Shown: one piece after another, positions 26,679 through 37,032 of the stretch
Position numbering within the stretch: position 1 is the first letter of the stretch
How the letters are laid out: every line of letters starts with the position of its first letter
Assembly: GCA_017483305.1 (NCBI GenBank)
Contig: JAFULC010000061.1
Span: 200-64,199 of the forward strand
Length of the DNA stretch: 64,000 nucleotides
Direction: 5' to 3'
Source: Clostridia bacterium
GTDB lineage: Bacteria; Bacillota; Clostridia; Oscillospirales; CAG-272
Program-made: the position numbers and the translations under genes
Notes under the pieces: generated by a model
Database searches by the model: none
Told to the model about the DNA's origin: nothing
Seen by the model: the letters and a program-made list of their open reading frames with translations, nothing else

Positions 26679-29012
26679 TTACTGATCTATATCCGCATCG
26701 GGATCGTAATAGGTCTGGTCGTCTCCGCCGAGATAACGGAGAGTGACGGTAACTACCGTGCCCTCAAGGACCTCTGTGCCCGCCTCGATATCCTGTGAGA
26801 CTACCACGACGTCCGCGCCCGAGAAGTTGAGCGTGCCGTCGATCTTGATATTAAGTCCGAGGTTTGCGAGCGTTCCGTTTGCCGCGACCGCGGTCATTCC
26901 CGTCAGGTCGGGGACTCGTGCGGTCTTTTTGCCGCCGACCGCCTCGCTTGTGGTGTAAAGTATTATCTTCGCGTTACCCGGTGAGACCTCGGAGCCTGCC
27001 GCGGGTGACTGCGACATAACGTATTCGCCGTCGCCTATGACCTCTACCTCAAAGCCGAGCAGCTCGGAGAGGTATTTCGCGTATTCGGTTCTCGACTGAA
27101 TAAGCGCAGGTGCGGAGAGCGTTTGCTTTTTAAGCTCCTCGTCGCTGTACTTTGCCTCGACTCCGTAATAGGGCAAGACCTCCTCAAGCAGTGCGCCGAC
27201 GTAGGGTGCGGCGACAACGCTTCCGTAAAGTGTTCCCTTGGTCGGCTCGTCTACGAGAATTATCGTTGCTATCTCGGGGGCATCCGCAGGGGCGTACGCC
27301 ACGGTCGAGCAGACGTATTTGGTGTAATCGGTGCTGACCTCGTCCTTTTTCTCGGAGGTTCCCGTCTTTGCGGCTACTCTATAGCCTGCGACGTATGCAT
27401 TCTTCGCACCGCCGTCGCCCGAAACGCCGTCCTCGAGTATTTCGGCGATCGTCTTGCAGGTGTCCGAGCTTATGACCTGACGGCGCACGGTAGCCTCGTG
27501 CGAGTAGATCACGTTTCCGTCGTTATCGGTAACCTCTTTTATAATATGCGGACCGATAAGTCTGCCTCCGTTCGCGACCGCACTGATCGCGCCAAGGTGC
27601 GAGAGCGCGGAGATCTTGAAGTTCTGTCCGAAGGATGCGGTTGCAAGGTAGATATCTGCCGATTTGAAGGTCGATTCATCCCAGAAGGTCACGCCCTTTG
27701 TCGTGACGCTCTCACCCGGCAGGTCTATTCCCGTTTTCTCAAAGTAACCGAACGACGAGAAATATTCAAGGAATCTGTCCGCGCCCGTTCTCAATCCCAT
27801 TATCATCAAAAGGGGGTTGCAGGACTGCTGAATTCCCTCGGCGAAGGTCAGGCTTCCGTGACCCGTCGTTTTGTGGCAACGGATCTTCGTGCCGTTGACT
27901 ATGTGATAGCCCGGGCAGTTGAAGGTCTCGCTATCGATTACGAGGTCCTCCTCGTATGCCATCGCCGCGGTGATTATCTTGAAGGTCGAGCCCGGCATAT
28001 AGAGGTCGTTGACCGCCTTATTAGACCAGGTCTCAAGCAAAAGCTGCTGCTTTAAGGAGGTATATTCGTCGCTTCCCTCCTCAAGTCCGCTCGCCTCGAG
28101 CCGCTCTGCGCTCTGCCAGTTGAGCTCCCATGGGTCGTTGAGGTTGTAGCTTGGGTAGACTGCCATTGCAAGCACCGCGCCGGTCTCAACGTCGAGCACG
28201 ATTCCGCAGGCTCTGTTCTGTCCGCCCGACTCGATGTACGCCGTTTCAAGCTGATCCTCAAGCTCCGCCTGAATATAGACGTCTATCGTGGTGACGATAT
28301 TGTATCCGTCGGTTGCGGGGATGTAGCTTTCGTAATCGTAGACGAGCTCGTTGCCATAGGAATCCTTCGCGCCGATATATGAGCCGTCGATTCCCGCGAG
28401 TATCTCGTCGTACTGATATTCGAGTCCGTAAAGTCCGTTGCCGTCGCTTCCCGTAAAGCCGAGAACGTGACTTGCAAGCGTTTCGTAGGGGTAATATCTC
28501 ATGCTTGTCGCCTGAAGGAATACGAGCGCGAGGTCGTCGATCTCGCTTTCCTTGAGAAATGCTCTGACGGCATCCGCAGACTCCTCGGAGATGTTGCGCG
28601 CAAGCGTTCTGTCGCGGTAGCGCGTATATCCTGCCGCCTTGATAACGTCGTCGTAGCTGATGCCGAGCGACGAGATCGCCGACAGTCCCTTTGCGATCTT
28701 ATCGGCGTAGTCGACACCCTTCTTTTCGCTCGTGCTTTTGATCACGGCAGGGTCTATGAAAAGTCGGTAGGTCGTGACATTCGTCGCAAGCACGACTCCG
28801 TTTGTGTCGCAGATATTTCCTCGGTCTGCCGTGACCGTGGACTTTTGGGTTATCTGATCGATGACCTTCTGATCAAATTTCTTGAACTGAACCGTCTGAT
28901 AAATGAAGATACGCGCTGAAAGCAGCACGAACAGCAGACTCATTACTATACACAGTATGCTTGCGCGACGACGCACCTTTGTGCTCGGTGTTCCACCCTC
29001 CATTTTGCGCAC
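26679..29012 (-). CDS. Class B penicillin-binding protein (SpoVD/FtsI type) with PASTA domains
   Basis: PGSTFK (SxxK), SCN (SxN) and KTGT motifs. C-terminal PASTA repeats. Confidence 0.93.
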   Translation of the reverse strand: MRKMEGGTPSTKVRRRASILCIVMSLLFVLLSARIFIYQTVQFKKFDQKVIDQITQKSTVTADRGNICDTNGVVLATNVTTYRLFIDPAVIKSTSEKKGVDYADKIAKGLSAISSLGISYDDVIKAAGYTRYRDRTLARNISEESADAVRAFLKESEIDDLALVFLQATSMRYYPYETLASHVLGFTGSDGNGLYGLEYQYDEILAGIDGSYIGAKDSYGNELVYDYESYIPATDGYNIVTTIDVYIQAELEDQLETAYIESGGQNRACGIVLDVETGAVLAMAVYPSYNLNDPWELNWQSAERLEASGLEEGSDEYTSLKQQLLLETWSNKAVNDLYMPGSTFKIITAAMAYEEDLVIDSETFNCPGYHIVNGTKIRCHKTTGHGSLTFAEGIQQSCNPLLMIMGLRTGADRFLEYFSSFGYFEKTGIDLPGESVTTKGVTFWDESTFKSADIYLATASFGQNFKISALSHLGAISAVANGGRLIGPHIIKEVTDNDGNVIYSHEATVRRQVISSDTCKTIAEILEDGVSGDGGAKNAYVAGYRVAAKTGTSEKKDEVSTDYTKYVCSTVAYAPADAPEIATIILVDEPTKGTLYGSVVAAPYVGALLEEVLPYYGVEAKYSDEELKKQTLSAPALIQSRTEYAKYLSELLGFEVEVIGDGEYVMSQSPAAGSEVSPGNAKIILYTTSEAVGGKKTARVPDLTGMTAVAANGTLANLGLNIKIDGTLNFSGADVVVVSQDIEAGTEVLEGTVVTVTLRYLGGDDQTYYDPDADIDQ

Positions 29013-29163
29013 CTTCCTTTCTCAAATTTAAAATTCTGATCTGTGTATTTTCAAATCAATATATGTTCTTGTCCCCAAAAATTATGACAAGAAAACAGAA
29101 CGCGCCCCAACCCGTCGAGATAAAATTCTTTCAGACGGGTTTGGGGCGCATTTTCATTCAAAA

Positions 29164-30048
29164 TCAATCCTCCACCAGACCTATCGCTTTGAGCAGTCGC
29201 GTCAACAACGAGTCGCTTTTTTCGGGACTGTCGTATATTTCGATCCTCTCGTCCTCGGCAATATCGAGATAGCGCGAGGTCGCATAGTCCGAGCTTATCA
29301 TTCCGTATTGATTGACCGCTATGTCCTTGATATTCAGCATATCGTTCTTGACTACGAGATCTGCCTCGAGGTCGCTTCTTTCGTCCCTCAGCTCCTCGAT
29401 CTCGTCCTCAAGATTTCCAACGTCTGCTGTGGCGCGGCTTACCATAACCGAGCTGCACACCACCATCAGAAGTGACAAGGTCACAACCGCGATAGTGGGA
29501 AGAACGCCTCGGGGGATCCTTTTCTTCTTCCCCTCGACCATCTCCTCCTCGGACTGCTTGCGGATCTCCTCGAGCACGAAGACCGAGAAAAAGTCGCGCA
29601 AAAAATCCTTAATGCGTCGCTTTATGGCAAGCCACACGGCTTTTTTTGGCGGTTTACCGTCCTGCACTTCCCCGGAATCCGCCTCTGCCTCTTTATACTC
29701 ATTTTCCGCGCGAGTATAGAATTTCGGCAGCTTATAGCCTCTGAGATCTTTATAATAGGCAGCGAAATCGTCACTGCTCATATATGACTGACCGTTTATT
29801 TTCAACGTATGATATTTTTCGTCGTCTCCCGACACGCCGTCCATATCGATGCCGAGCATCACGGCGTTTTTGCGGATCTCGGCGCTCTTCGCCTCGGACA
29901 GACCCGTTTTTATGCCGCGATTTTTAAATCGCTCGCAAAGCATATCTATATAGAGCGCGCTGACGTCGATTCCGCTGACGCACACCGTGGGGCTTCCCAC
30001 AGCCACCTCTGGCGCCGCGGCGACGACTCTCGCCTTGGTCTTTTTCAT
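29164..30048 (-). CDS. FtsL-position membrane protein with a long N-terminal extension
   Basis: Lies between rsmH and the PBP gene. TM helix plus coiled coil plus IKDIAVNQYGM resembles the FtsL C-terminal motif. Confidence 0.65.
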   Translation of the reverse strand: MKKTKARVVAAAPEVAVGSPTVCVSGIDVSALYIDMLCERFKNRGIKTGLSEAKSAEIRKNAVMLGIDMDGVSGDDEKYHTLKINGQSYMSSDDFAAYYKDLRGYKLPKFYTRAENEYKEAEADSGEVQDGKPPKKAVWLAIKRRIKDFLRDFFSVFVLEEIRKQSEEEMVEGKKKRIPRGVLPTIAVVTLSLLMVVCSSVMVSRATADVGNLEDEIEELRDERSDLEADLVVKNDMLNIKDIAVNQYGMISSDYATSRYLDIAEDERIEIYDSPEKSDSLLTRLLKAIGLVED

Positions 30049-30088
30049 CAAATTCCTCCGTTTTAATGCTTTGAAGCCGCTTTTTGAT

Positions 30089-30169
30089 TTCAACAGTTGG
30101 GCTTCAGTTCTCCGCTTGTGCGGTAACTAACCTTCAACAGTTGGGCTTCAATTGTCCGCTTGTGCGGTA
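30089..30169. repeat. 37-bp direct repeat pair (44-bp period)
   Basis: TTCAACAGTTGGGCTTCA(G/A)TT(C/G)TCCGCTTGTGCGGTA at 30089-30125 and 30133-30169. Confidence 0.85.
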
Positions 30170-30173
30170 TGCA

Positions 30174-31121
30174 CTATATTTTTTCCGCTACGCGAAGCTT
30201 TGCGCTTCTCGATCGCGGGTTTTCCTCAAGCTCCCGCTCACTCGGGAGGATCGGCTTTCTTGTCAGCACGTTGACTCTGGGCTTTCGTCCGCAGACACAC
30301 ACGGGCAGATCGCGCGGGCAGTTGCAGCCGCTTGCGAGATCGGCGTAGGTCTGCTTGACTATTCTGTCCTCGAGCGAGTGGAAGGTGATTATCGCGATTC
30401 TTCCCTCGGGGGCGAGAATGTCGGTCGCATTTCGGATCGTCGGCTCGATCGCGTCGAGCTCTCCGTTGACCTCGATACGAATCGCCTGGAACGTTCTTTT
30501 TGCGGGGTGGTGCCCTCCCTCACGCGCTGACGGGGGAATGGCGCTTTTTATAATATCCACGAGCTGTCCCGTGGTTGTTATCGCTTCTTTTTCACGGTAT
30601 CGGACGATCGCCGCCGCGATCTTGGGTGCGAATCTCTCCTCACCGTAGTTATAAATGACCTTTTTTAGCTGATCGGCGCTATACGTATTGACCACCGTAT
30701 AGGCGTCGAGGTCGTTTCGTCTGTCCATTCTCATATCGAGCGGAGCATCCGAATTGTGTGTAAATCCGCGCTCCACGGTGTCGAGCTGATATGACGACAC
30801 GCCAAGATCGAGCAAAACTCCGTCGATCCTCTCGATTCCGAGATCAAGGCAGCTCTCCTTGATCGACGAGAAATTATTGCGGACGAAGGTGACTCGCTCG
30901 GAGTAGTCCTTCAGTCGCTCGGTTGCCGCCGCGATAGCCGCGTCGTCGCGGTCGATCGCGATGAGCCTGCCGCCTGCGGTCAATTTCTTTGCTATTTCAA
31001 GCGAATGGCCGCCGCCACCCGCGGTTCCGTCTACGTAAATTCCGTCGGGCTTGATATTGAGCGCCTCGATGCACTCGTCAAGCAAAACCGAGCGGTGCGA
31101 AAAATTTATCTTCTTATCCAT
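30174..31121 (-). CDS. rsmH: 16S rRNA m4C1402 methyltransferase
   Basis: [55 protein letters not shown]. Confidence 0.98.
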   Translation of the reverse strand: MDKKINFSHRSVLLDECIEALNIKPDGIYVDGTAGGGGHSLEIAKKLTAGGRLIAIDRDDAAIAAATERLKDYSERVTFVRNNFSSIKESCLDLGIERIDGVLLDLGVSSYQLDTVERGFTHNSDAPLDMRMDRRNDLDAYTVVNTYSADQLKKVIYNYGEERFAPKIAAAIVRYREKEAITTTGQLVDIIKSAIPPSAREGGHHPAKRTFQAIRIEVNGELDAIEPTIRNATDILAPEGRIAIITFHSLEDRIVKQTYADLASGCNCPRDLPVCVCGRKPRVNVLTRKPILPSERELEENPRSRSAKLRVAEKI

Positions 31122-31126
31122 GCCGC

Positions 31127-31549
31127 TTAAAGTCCCAATCTTTCAAGCTTTTCGCGGATATCCTCGGGATCCTCGCTCAAAACATCGGCTCTGTACTTTT
31201 CTGCCGACCAGATCTCACAATAATCGCTGCATCCGACGAATATTGCCTCTCTCTCGATCTCTGCATATCCGAGAAGGCTTGTCGGGATAAGGATTCTACC
31301 CTGTGAATCGGGCGAGACCTGCGACGCGTTACGATGCAGATATCTGAGTGCTTCCTCGGCTATTTTTCTTTCCTGCGCTTTGATCGGGGCGAGATAATTT
31401 TCCCATTCGACCAGCGAACAGACCTTAAGGATGGGCTTACGAATGTCGCGAGCAACTATAAAAGTCTCTCCAAGCTCTTCCCTGAATTTCACGGGCACAA
31501 ATATTCGATTTTTTGAGTCTACGATGTGCTCGTATTCACCGGTAAACAT
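31127..31549 (-). CDS. mraZ: Transcriptional regulator MraZ
   Basis: [32 protein letters not shown]. Confidence 0.95.
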   Translation of the reverse strand: MFTGEYEHIVDSKNRIFVPVKFREELGETFIVARDIRKPILKVCSLVEWENYLAPIKAQERKIAEEALRYLHRNASQVSPDSQGRILIPTSLLGYAEIEREAIFVGCSDYCEIWSAEKYRADVLSEDPEDIREKLERLGL

Positions 31550-31617
31550 TCGTCACACCTCCTTATGGTCGTTTCGCTAAGTTATCGCTTCGGTTTTAGC
31601 GGTTCATGGGGTGATTT

Positions 31618-31658
31618 CTCACCACATCGCAACACCAATCCACCACTTTCAACCACTG
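31618..31658 (-). promoter_or_regulatory. MraZ-binding GTGG-type direct repeats
   Basis: CCAC/CACC motifs at roughly 10-bp spacing upstream of mraZ. Confidence 0.6.
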
Positions 31659-31896
31659 CGATGTAAATATTATAATATATAAACCGGAATTAATCAAGGG
31701 GGGCTTGCCCAATTTAAGAAAAAATCGTTCAGTTTTTTAAAGATTTTTATTCTTTTTGTGTGTATTTCTGCCCTCATCAAACCAAAAAATGAGGCATTTG
31801 AGGTGTTTTTACAATTCTTTTCAAGTTCTTACATTTATTTCCATTTGTGGTGAGAGTGGTTAAACGAACGGGACGTATGAAAATTGTATAGGATAA

Positions 31897-32290
31897 GGGT
31901 TCCTTGTGTAAAGGGAGCTCCCGCGGTAGCGGGTGAGGGATTGTGTTAGAGGCGATATCTTTTGCAAAGGTAGCCAGTGGCGACGAGATATGTTCATTTT
32001 CTGCCCGCGTCGGCATTTCAACAAGGCTACTTTGTATAAAGGGGCGCAGAACGAAAAGGCTCCCTTGTGTAAAGGGAGCTCCCGCGGTAGCGGGTGAGGG
32101 ATTGTTATAATGATAATGTTCTCAAAAGTGACCAGTGCGACGAAGGGTGTTCATTTTCTGCCCACAGCGGCAGAAAACGAACCAAAAGAACGCTGCTCAA
32201 GGGGGACAGGGCTGATGATTCGGTAACAAATCGCTTCGGTTTGGAAGATTAAAGCCCGAATCATTGCGCCATTCCCCCCTTAAGAAACCC
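31897..32290. repeat. Tandem REP-like units (about 161-bp period)
   Basis: Identical 43-mer CCTTGTGTAAAGGGAGCTCCCGCGGTAGCGGGTGAGGGATTGT at 31902-31944 and 32063-32105. Each is followed by a similar CCAGTG..CGACGA..TGTTCATTTTCTGCCC block. Confidence 0.8.
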
Positions 32291-32511
32291 CCTATCCGCC
32301 TTCGGCACACTGTGTTTCCGAATTTAGAGCCGTGTGGTTGAACTTCCTGATGGGGCTCTTTTGTCCACCTAAATCGAGCGTAATGCTTATTGCTCGCACA
32401 CGCTTGTGCTTCGCAAGGTTACGTAATCGTGTTTACTGTTAACCACGCGCGAGCATCGATTATTCCATCAAAAAATCCTCGGCGCACAGGCTTGCGTCGA
32501 GGATTTTTTGA

Positions 32512-33969
32512 TTAATCGTATTTTTTGACCCGGAAGAACAATGATCTGAATGCCTTGTAATTAAACGGGATCAGCGGATAGAGGTAGTTTCTCTTTCCGT
32601 TGACGGTCTCGTTGGTCGCGATAAGAACGACGGTCAGGATCGTGCCTCCGATAAAGCCCCAAAGACCAAAGATAGCGGTCAGGATTATCAGCATGATCCG
32701 CATAAACTTAAAGGCATATCCAAGCTCGTAGCTGCGCTGGGTGAAGTTCGCGATCGCGACGAACGCCATATAAAGAATGACCTCGGGGATAAGCCAACCG
32801 ATATTGACCGCAAAGTCGCCAAGTATCAGTCCTCCGACCACAGACAGCGAATTCGAGAGCATATTCGGCGTATTCAGCGACGCCATTCGCAAGCCGTCGA
32901 TCACAAATTCGGTGATCAGGATCTGTGCGATCAAGGGTATCCTTCCCTGCTCCATCGGGATGATAAACTCAAGCCAGGGCGGCACAAGACTCTGATGTGT
33001 CACGAGCAGATACCAAAGCGGCGCAAGGTAAAGTGTCAGCCAGAAAACTAAATGACGGACCACTCGGATATAATTTCCCGTCAGTGGCGGAAAATAGAAA
33101 TCGTTGGTCTCCTGCATAAAGTCGAAAATGCTTGTCGGCATCACCATTGCCTGCGGTGAATTGTCGCAAAGGATGAGAACGCTTCCCTCAAGCAGCTGTG
33201 CCGCCGCGGAATCGGGGCGCTCGGTGTATCTGATCTTCGGGAAGGGATTGTACCACTTCTTTTTGATAAGCGCCTCGGCGAGCGACTCGCAGCCGAGTGT
33301 CAGCGACTCGGTCTTGATATTTTTCAGCTTGCTTTTTAGGTCGTTGACGTACTCAAGGTCGGCGCGATCCTTCATATAGCAGATCACGATGTCGGTCTTT
33401 GATGAGCTGCCGACCGAAAGATAGCTCATTATCAGCTCGGGATTGCGGATCCTTCGTCTTATCAGGGCGGTGTTGAAGATGAGAGTTTCGACGAATCCGT
33501 CGCGCGCTCCGCGCATGACCTTATCTCCCTCGGGCTCGGCGGTTTCCCTTGCGGGATAAGTCCTTGCATCGATTATTATTGCATTCTGCCCGAAGGTAGA
33601 GCCAAGCATCAACGTCGCACCCGAGAGCACGAATTTGATCATATCCGAGAGGTTGTCGGAAAGCTCTGCCTCGACGTACGGAACGTGCGCGTTCAAAAAC
33701 CTCTCTGTCCTCTGTCGCGCCGATGCAACCTCCCCCGATTCTGTGCCGTCACTCGCATCACCCAGACCCTTCAGCGAAAGCAGATAGATCATATACTTCG
33801 ACATTACCACATCCTTGACGAAGCCGTCGATATAATACATCGTCAGCTCGTCGGCGCCGACACTCAGGGTTTTCTTTATAAGGTCAAAGGACTCGGAGGT
33901 GTGCAAGAGTCCGTCGACAAGCTCAACATTTTGCTTATAATCGGCTCCGAGCCGCCGTCTTTCTTCCAT
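32512..33969 (-). CDS. GerA/SpoVAF-family spore germination protein
   Basis: ARTYPAR..EPEGDKVMRGARDGFVETL..NTALIRRRIR, PFPKIRYTERPD, hydrophobic C-terminal half. Confidence 0.9.
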   Translation of the reverse strand: MEERRRLGADYKQNVELVDGLLHTSESFDLIKKTLSVGADELTMYYIDGFVKDVVMSKYMIYLLSLKGLGDASDGTESGEVASARQRTERFLNAHVPYVEAELSDNLSDMIKFVLSGATLMLGSTFGQNAIIIDARTYPARETAEPEGDKVMRGARDGFVETLIFNTALIRRRIRNPELIMSYLSVGSSSKTDIVICYMKDRADLEYVNDLKSKLKNIKTESLTLGCESLAEALIKKKWYNPFPKIRYTERPDSAAAQLLEGSVLILCDNSPQAMVMPTSIFDFMQETNDFYFPPLTGNYIRVVRHLVFWLTLYLAPLWYLLVTHQSLVPPWLEFIIPMEQGRIPLIAQILITEFVIDGLRMASLNTPNMLSNSLSVVGGLILGDFAVNIGWLIPEVILYMAFVAIANFTQRSYELGYAFKFMRIMLIILTAIFGLWGFIGGTILTVVLIATNETVNGKRNYLYPLIPFNYKAFRSLFFRVKKYD

Positions 33970-34189
33970 AATATATAACCACCTTTTTTCTCGCCTCCGT
34001 TAAGTATCCCGAAGGCGATTTTTCTCGGCGCATGGGCATATTTGTATGCGCCGACATTTTGTGATTATTATTCTACCGAGAAAAAAGAAAAATACGCCCC
34101 GAGAAGTATTCTCGAGGCCGTAATTTTTGCTATATCGGGATATTTAATGCAAATTCAACAAACGGTTTATTTTTCGACAAATTGTTTTG

Positions 34190-34657
34190 TTATTCGCCCT
34201 TTTTCTCGCCCTTCTTGCCATTTATAAGGTCCATAAGCTCGTGAAGGAAGTGCTCCGCATCGTTAAACTCGCGGTAAACCGAGGCAAAGCGCACGTAGGC
34301 AACCTGATCTCTCTTTTTGAGCTTCTCCATTACCATCTCGCCTATCTCGGCGGTCGTTACCTCCTTGGTCAGCGAATTATGAAGCTCGTTTTCTATCTCG
34401 GTGACTATCTCGTCGGCATCGACGGGGCGCTTCTGCGTTGCCTTAAGTATGCCCGCAAGCAGCTTGGTGCGGTCGAAAAGCTCGGTCTCGCCGCTTTTCT
34501 TGGTGACGAATATCTGCACCGACTCAAGCACCTCAAATGTGGTAAAGCGCTTCTGACATTCGAGGCATTCACGTCTTCGTCTTATACTATTGCCCTCGGA
34601 CACGGGTCTGGAGTCGAGCACCTTACTTTCGGCGCAGTTACAATATGGGCATCTCAT
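34190..34657 (-). CDS. nrdR: Transcriptional repressor NrdR
   Basis: MRCPYC, VLDSR, IRRRRECLEC..RFTTFE, ATP cone, VAYVRFASVYREF. Confidence 0.97.
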   Translation of the reverse strand: MRCPYCNCAESKVLDSRPVSEGNSIRRRRECLECQKRFTTFEVLESVQIFVTKKSGETELFDRTKLLAGILKATQKRPVDADEIVTEIENELHNSLTKEVTTAEIGEMVMEKLKKRDQVAYVRFASVYREFNDAEHFLHELMDLINGKKGEKKGE

Positions 34658-34815
34658 AGGAAATCCTCCCTGCTCTTTTCATTTTACTTATTGTACCACA
34701 TTTTGCCGCTTTTGTAAATAGTTTTTGTAGCAATAGACAAAATTTCGTTTTAGCTCTTGACTTTTCCGTGTCGCGAGAGTATAATCGTGATATATTCTTT
34801 TATGAGGTATTATTA

Positions 34816-35631
34816 ATGAAAAGGATTTTAACTATACAGGACATCTCCTGCGTTGGCAAGTGCTCGCTGACCGTTGCTCTGCCGATCATTTCGGCTTACG
34901 GCATTGAGGCGGCGATCCTGCCCACCGCAGTTCTCTCAACGCATACCGCGTTCAATAAATTCACCTTCCGCGATCTGACCGACGACATCTCTCCCATCTG
35001 TCAGGTCTGGCGTGACGAGGGCATCGAGTTCGACGGCATCTACACGGGCTATCTCGGCTCGAAGCATCAGATCGATCTCGTGCTTGACATTTTCCGTGAT
35101 TTTGGCGACGGCAAATTGAAGTTCGTTGATCCCGCGATGGGTGACAATGGCGTGCTCTACAAGGGCTTCGACGAGGAGTTTGCCAAGGAGATGGCGCGTC
35201 TTTGCGCGGCGGCTGATATTATTGTGCCCAATCTCACCGAGGCGTGCTATATGCTCGGAAAGCCTTATATATCAAGCGGTTACAGCGAGGAGTACGTCAA
35301 GGACATTCTTGTATCTCTGACAGCGCTCGGCTGCAAAAAGGCGGTGCTTACCGGCATCGGCTTTGCTCCCGATCAGCTCGGCTGCTATGGCTACGACTCA
35401 GAGAGCGGCGAATTTTTCTTCGACTACAACGAAAAGAAGCCGCAGAGCTTTCACGGCACGGGCGACGTCTTCGCGTCGGTCTGCTTCTCTAATCTGATGG
35501 GCGGAAGCTCGCTTTGCGAGGCGAGTGCGCTTGCCGCGGACTTCGTTTGCGACAGCATCGACGCGACGGTCAACGATGAAAAGCCGATCTGGTACGGAGT
35601 TAATTTTGAAAAGGTATTGAAGGACAGATAA
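34816..35631 (+). CDS. pdxK: Pyridoxal/pyridoxamine kinase
   Basis: IQDISCVGKCSLT, PTAVLSTHT, TGYLGS, VDPAMGDNG, PNLTEA, HGTGDVFAS. Confidence 0.9.
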   Translation: MKRILTIQDISCVGKCSLTVALPIISAYGIEAAILPTAVLSTHTAFNKFTFRDLTDDISPICQVWRDEGIEFDGIYTGYLGSKHQIDLVLDIFRDFGDGKLKFVDPAMGDNGVLYKGFDEEFAKEMARLCAAADIIVPNLTEACYMLGKPYISSGYSEEYVKDILVSLTALGCKKAVLTGIGFAPDQLGCYGYDSESGEFFFDYNEKKPQSFHGTGDVFASVCFSNLMGGSSLCEASALAADFVCDSIDATVNDEKPIWYGVNFEKVLKDR

Positions 35632-35750
35632 ACAAAACGACGTCCGCAAATACAGGTTTAACTGAACAGCAAAAAAAGCACTTATGATGAACGGTGAAAA
35701 CCGTCTGTCATAAGTGCTTTTGCGTTAATTATGTTATCTCGCACCATTCG

Positions 35751-36149
35751 TTATTTCATCAATTCATCGGTCAGGCGCAATATCTCGGGCGCGATCCTCT
35801 GTCTTTCGCTCTTTAGCACGCGTGTATATATCGGGTGAGCGAGCGCGATCAATGCGCCGCCGACGAATCCGACCGCGATACCGACTATCATTGCAAGGCT
35901 CTCGGCAAGTCCGATCGCTACGCCTATATCAGTCATAGCAAGGCTCATACCCATTCCGAGAATGAGTGCACCGATGATACCCACCGTTATAGCGACACCT
36001 TGCGCCTTATTTGAGGCGCTTTTGTCAAGTCGGCGGAGTCTGTCGAGCTTGGTCTCCTCCTTCGCCGTGTATTTTTCTCTGATCCTTCGGAGCTCCTCCT
36101 GCTCCTTGACCGAGTAGGTGTACTGAAATTTATTTTCGTTGTTATCCAT
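35751..36149 (-). CDS. Small membrane protein (2 TM)
   Basis: FQYTYS...IREKY, two hydrophobic helices, C-terminal APEILRLTDELMK. Coupled to the upstream gene. Confidence 0.75.
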   Translation of the reverse strand: MDNNENKFQYTYSVKEQEELRRIREKYTAKEETKLDRLRRLDKSASNKAQGVAITVGIIGALILGMGMSLAMTDIGVAIGLAESLAMIVGIAVGFVGGALIALAHPIYTRVLKSERQRIAPEILRLTDELMK

Positions 36150-37032
36150 TTTTATCCTCATTCAAAAGCTTTAATTTCTTCGTGCTCTGCACGATCATAT
36201 TTATTGCCATTACCACAATCACGACCGAGACCGCAAAGCCTACTCCGCCAAGCATAAGCTTTTGCGAAAAAGCGTCCATCGTGCCGTCGCTGAAGGTCGT
36301 CAGCATCGTTGAGGTCAGCGTGAGCATAGAAACGCAGGCCGCCGCGAGACTGATCGCCTTGGACGCCGAATAGATCGGACTGTTATATTTGCGATATTTT
36401 ACAATATTTACGATCGCGACCGCAAACGCCGTAAAGGTGTATGCCGCCATGGCGATCGCCGTTATCATTCCGTGCTCAAAGGTCCTGTTCCAATAGACCA
36501 TAAAGAACACGATCAGCGAAAGCGAAAGATTCATCACCAGGAATATCCAACCGCAAGCGCGGTATTTTATCAGCTCCTCGCGCATCCTCTCTCCCGGCTT
36601 GTGCACCACGTTGTGCCGCACCAGAAAAAATCTCATAACGGCGAGGAAAATATAGTAGACCGCGAAGGAGTAAAACCAGAAGCTCCTGTGCAAAAAGCCA
36701 AGCCAGAGCTGAAGCGCCGCATAGGCTACGTTCCAGATAAGCGAGCCGAAGAGCGACACGTTCACGCGGAGTCGGTCGTCCTCAAGCCAGCGCCGAGCGT
36801 ATTTGTTTCCGTTCTTAAAATCCTTGCAAAGCCTGACAAGATAAGGGATCTTGAAGCACCAGACCGTTAGTGTGTACGCCGACAGGACGTACGATATTAT
36901 CGCGATTGGAGATTCGGTTCCCAAAAACACCATCGAATAAACCAAAAAGACGGTTGCTATTGGAACGAGAATTATCATTATCGCGATGTGCGGAAAGAGC
37001 AAGCTCTTACCGAGCTTTTTCCAGAATTCCAT
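36142..37032 (-). CDS. Polytopic membrane protein of unknown function
   Basis: Multiple TM segments. Overlaps the histidine kinase stop codon. Confidence 0.8.
   Translation of the reverse strand: MEFWKKLGKSLLFPHIAIMIILVPIATVFLVYSMVFLGTESPIAIISYVLSAYTLTVWCFKIPYLVRLCKDFKNGNKYARRWLEDDRLRVNVSLFGSLIWNVAYAALQLWLGFLHRSFWFYSFAVYYIFLAVMRFFLVRHNVVHKPGERMREELIKYRACGWIFLVMNLSLSLIVFFMVYWNRTFEHGMITAIAMAAYTFTAFAVAIVNIVKYRKYNSPIYSASKAISLAAACVSMLTLTSTMLTTFSDGTMDAFSQKLMLGGVGFAVSVVIVVMAINMIVQSTKKLKLLNEDKNG

Noticed and set aside
30089-30169. CRISPR array
   Set aside because: Only two repeats with a 7-bp gap, and no cas genes in the window.
31897-32290. CRISPR array or IS element
   Set aside because: The intervening sequences are similar to each other rather than unique spacers, and there is no transposase ORF.
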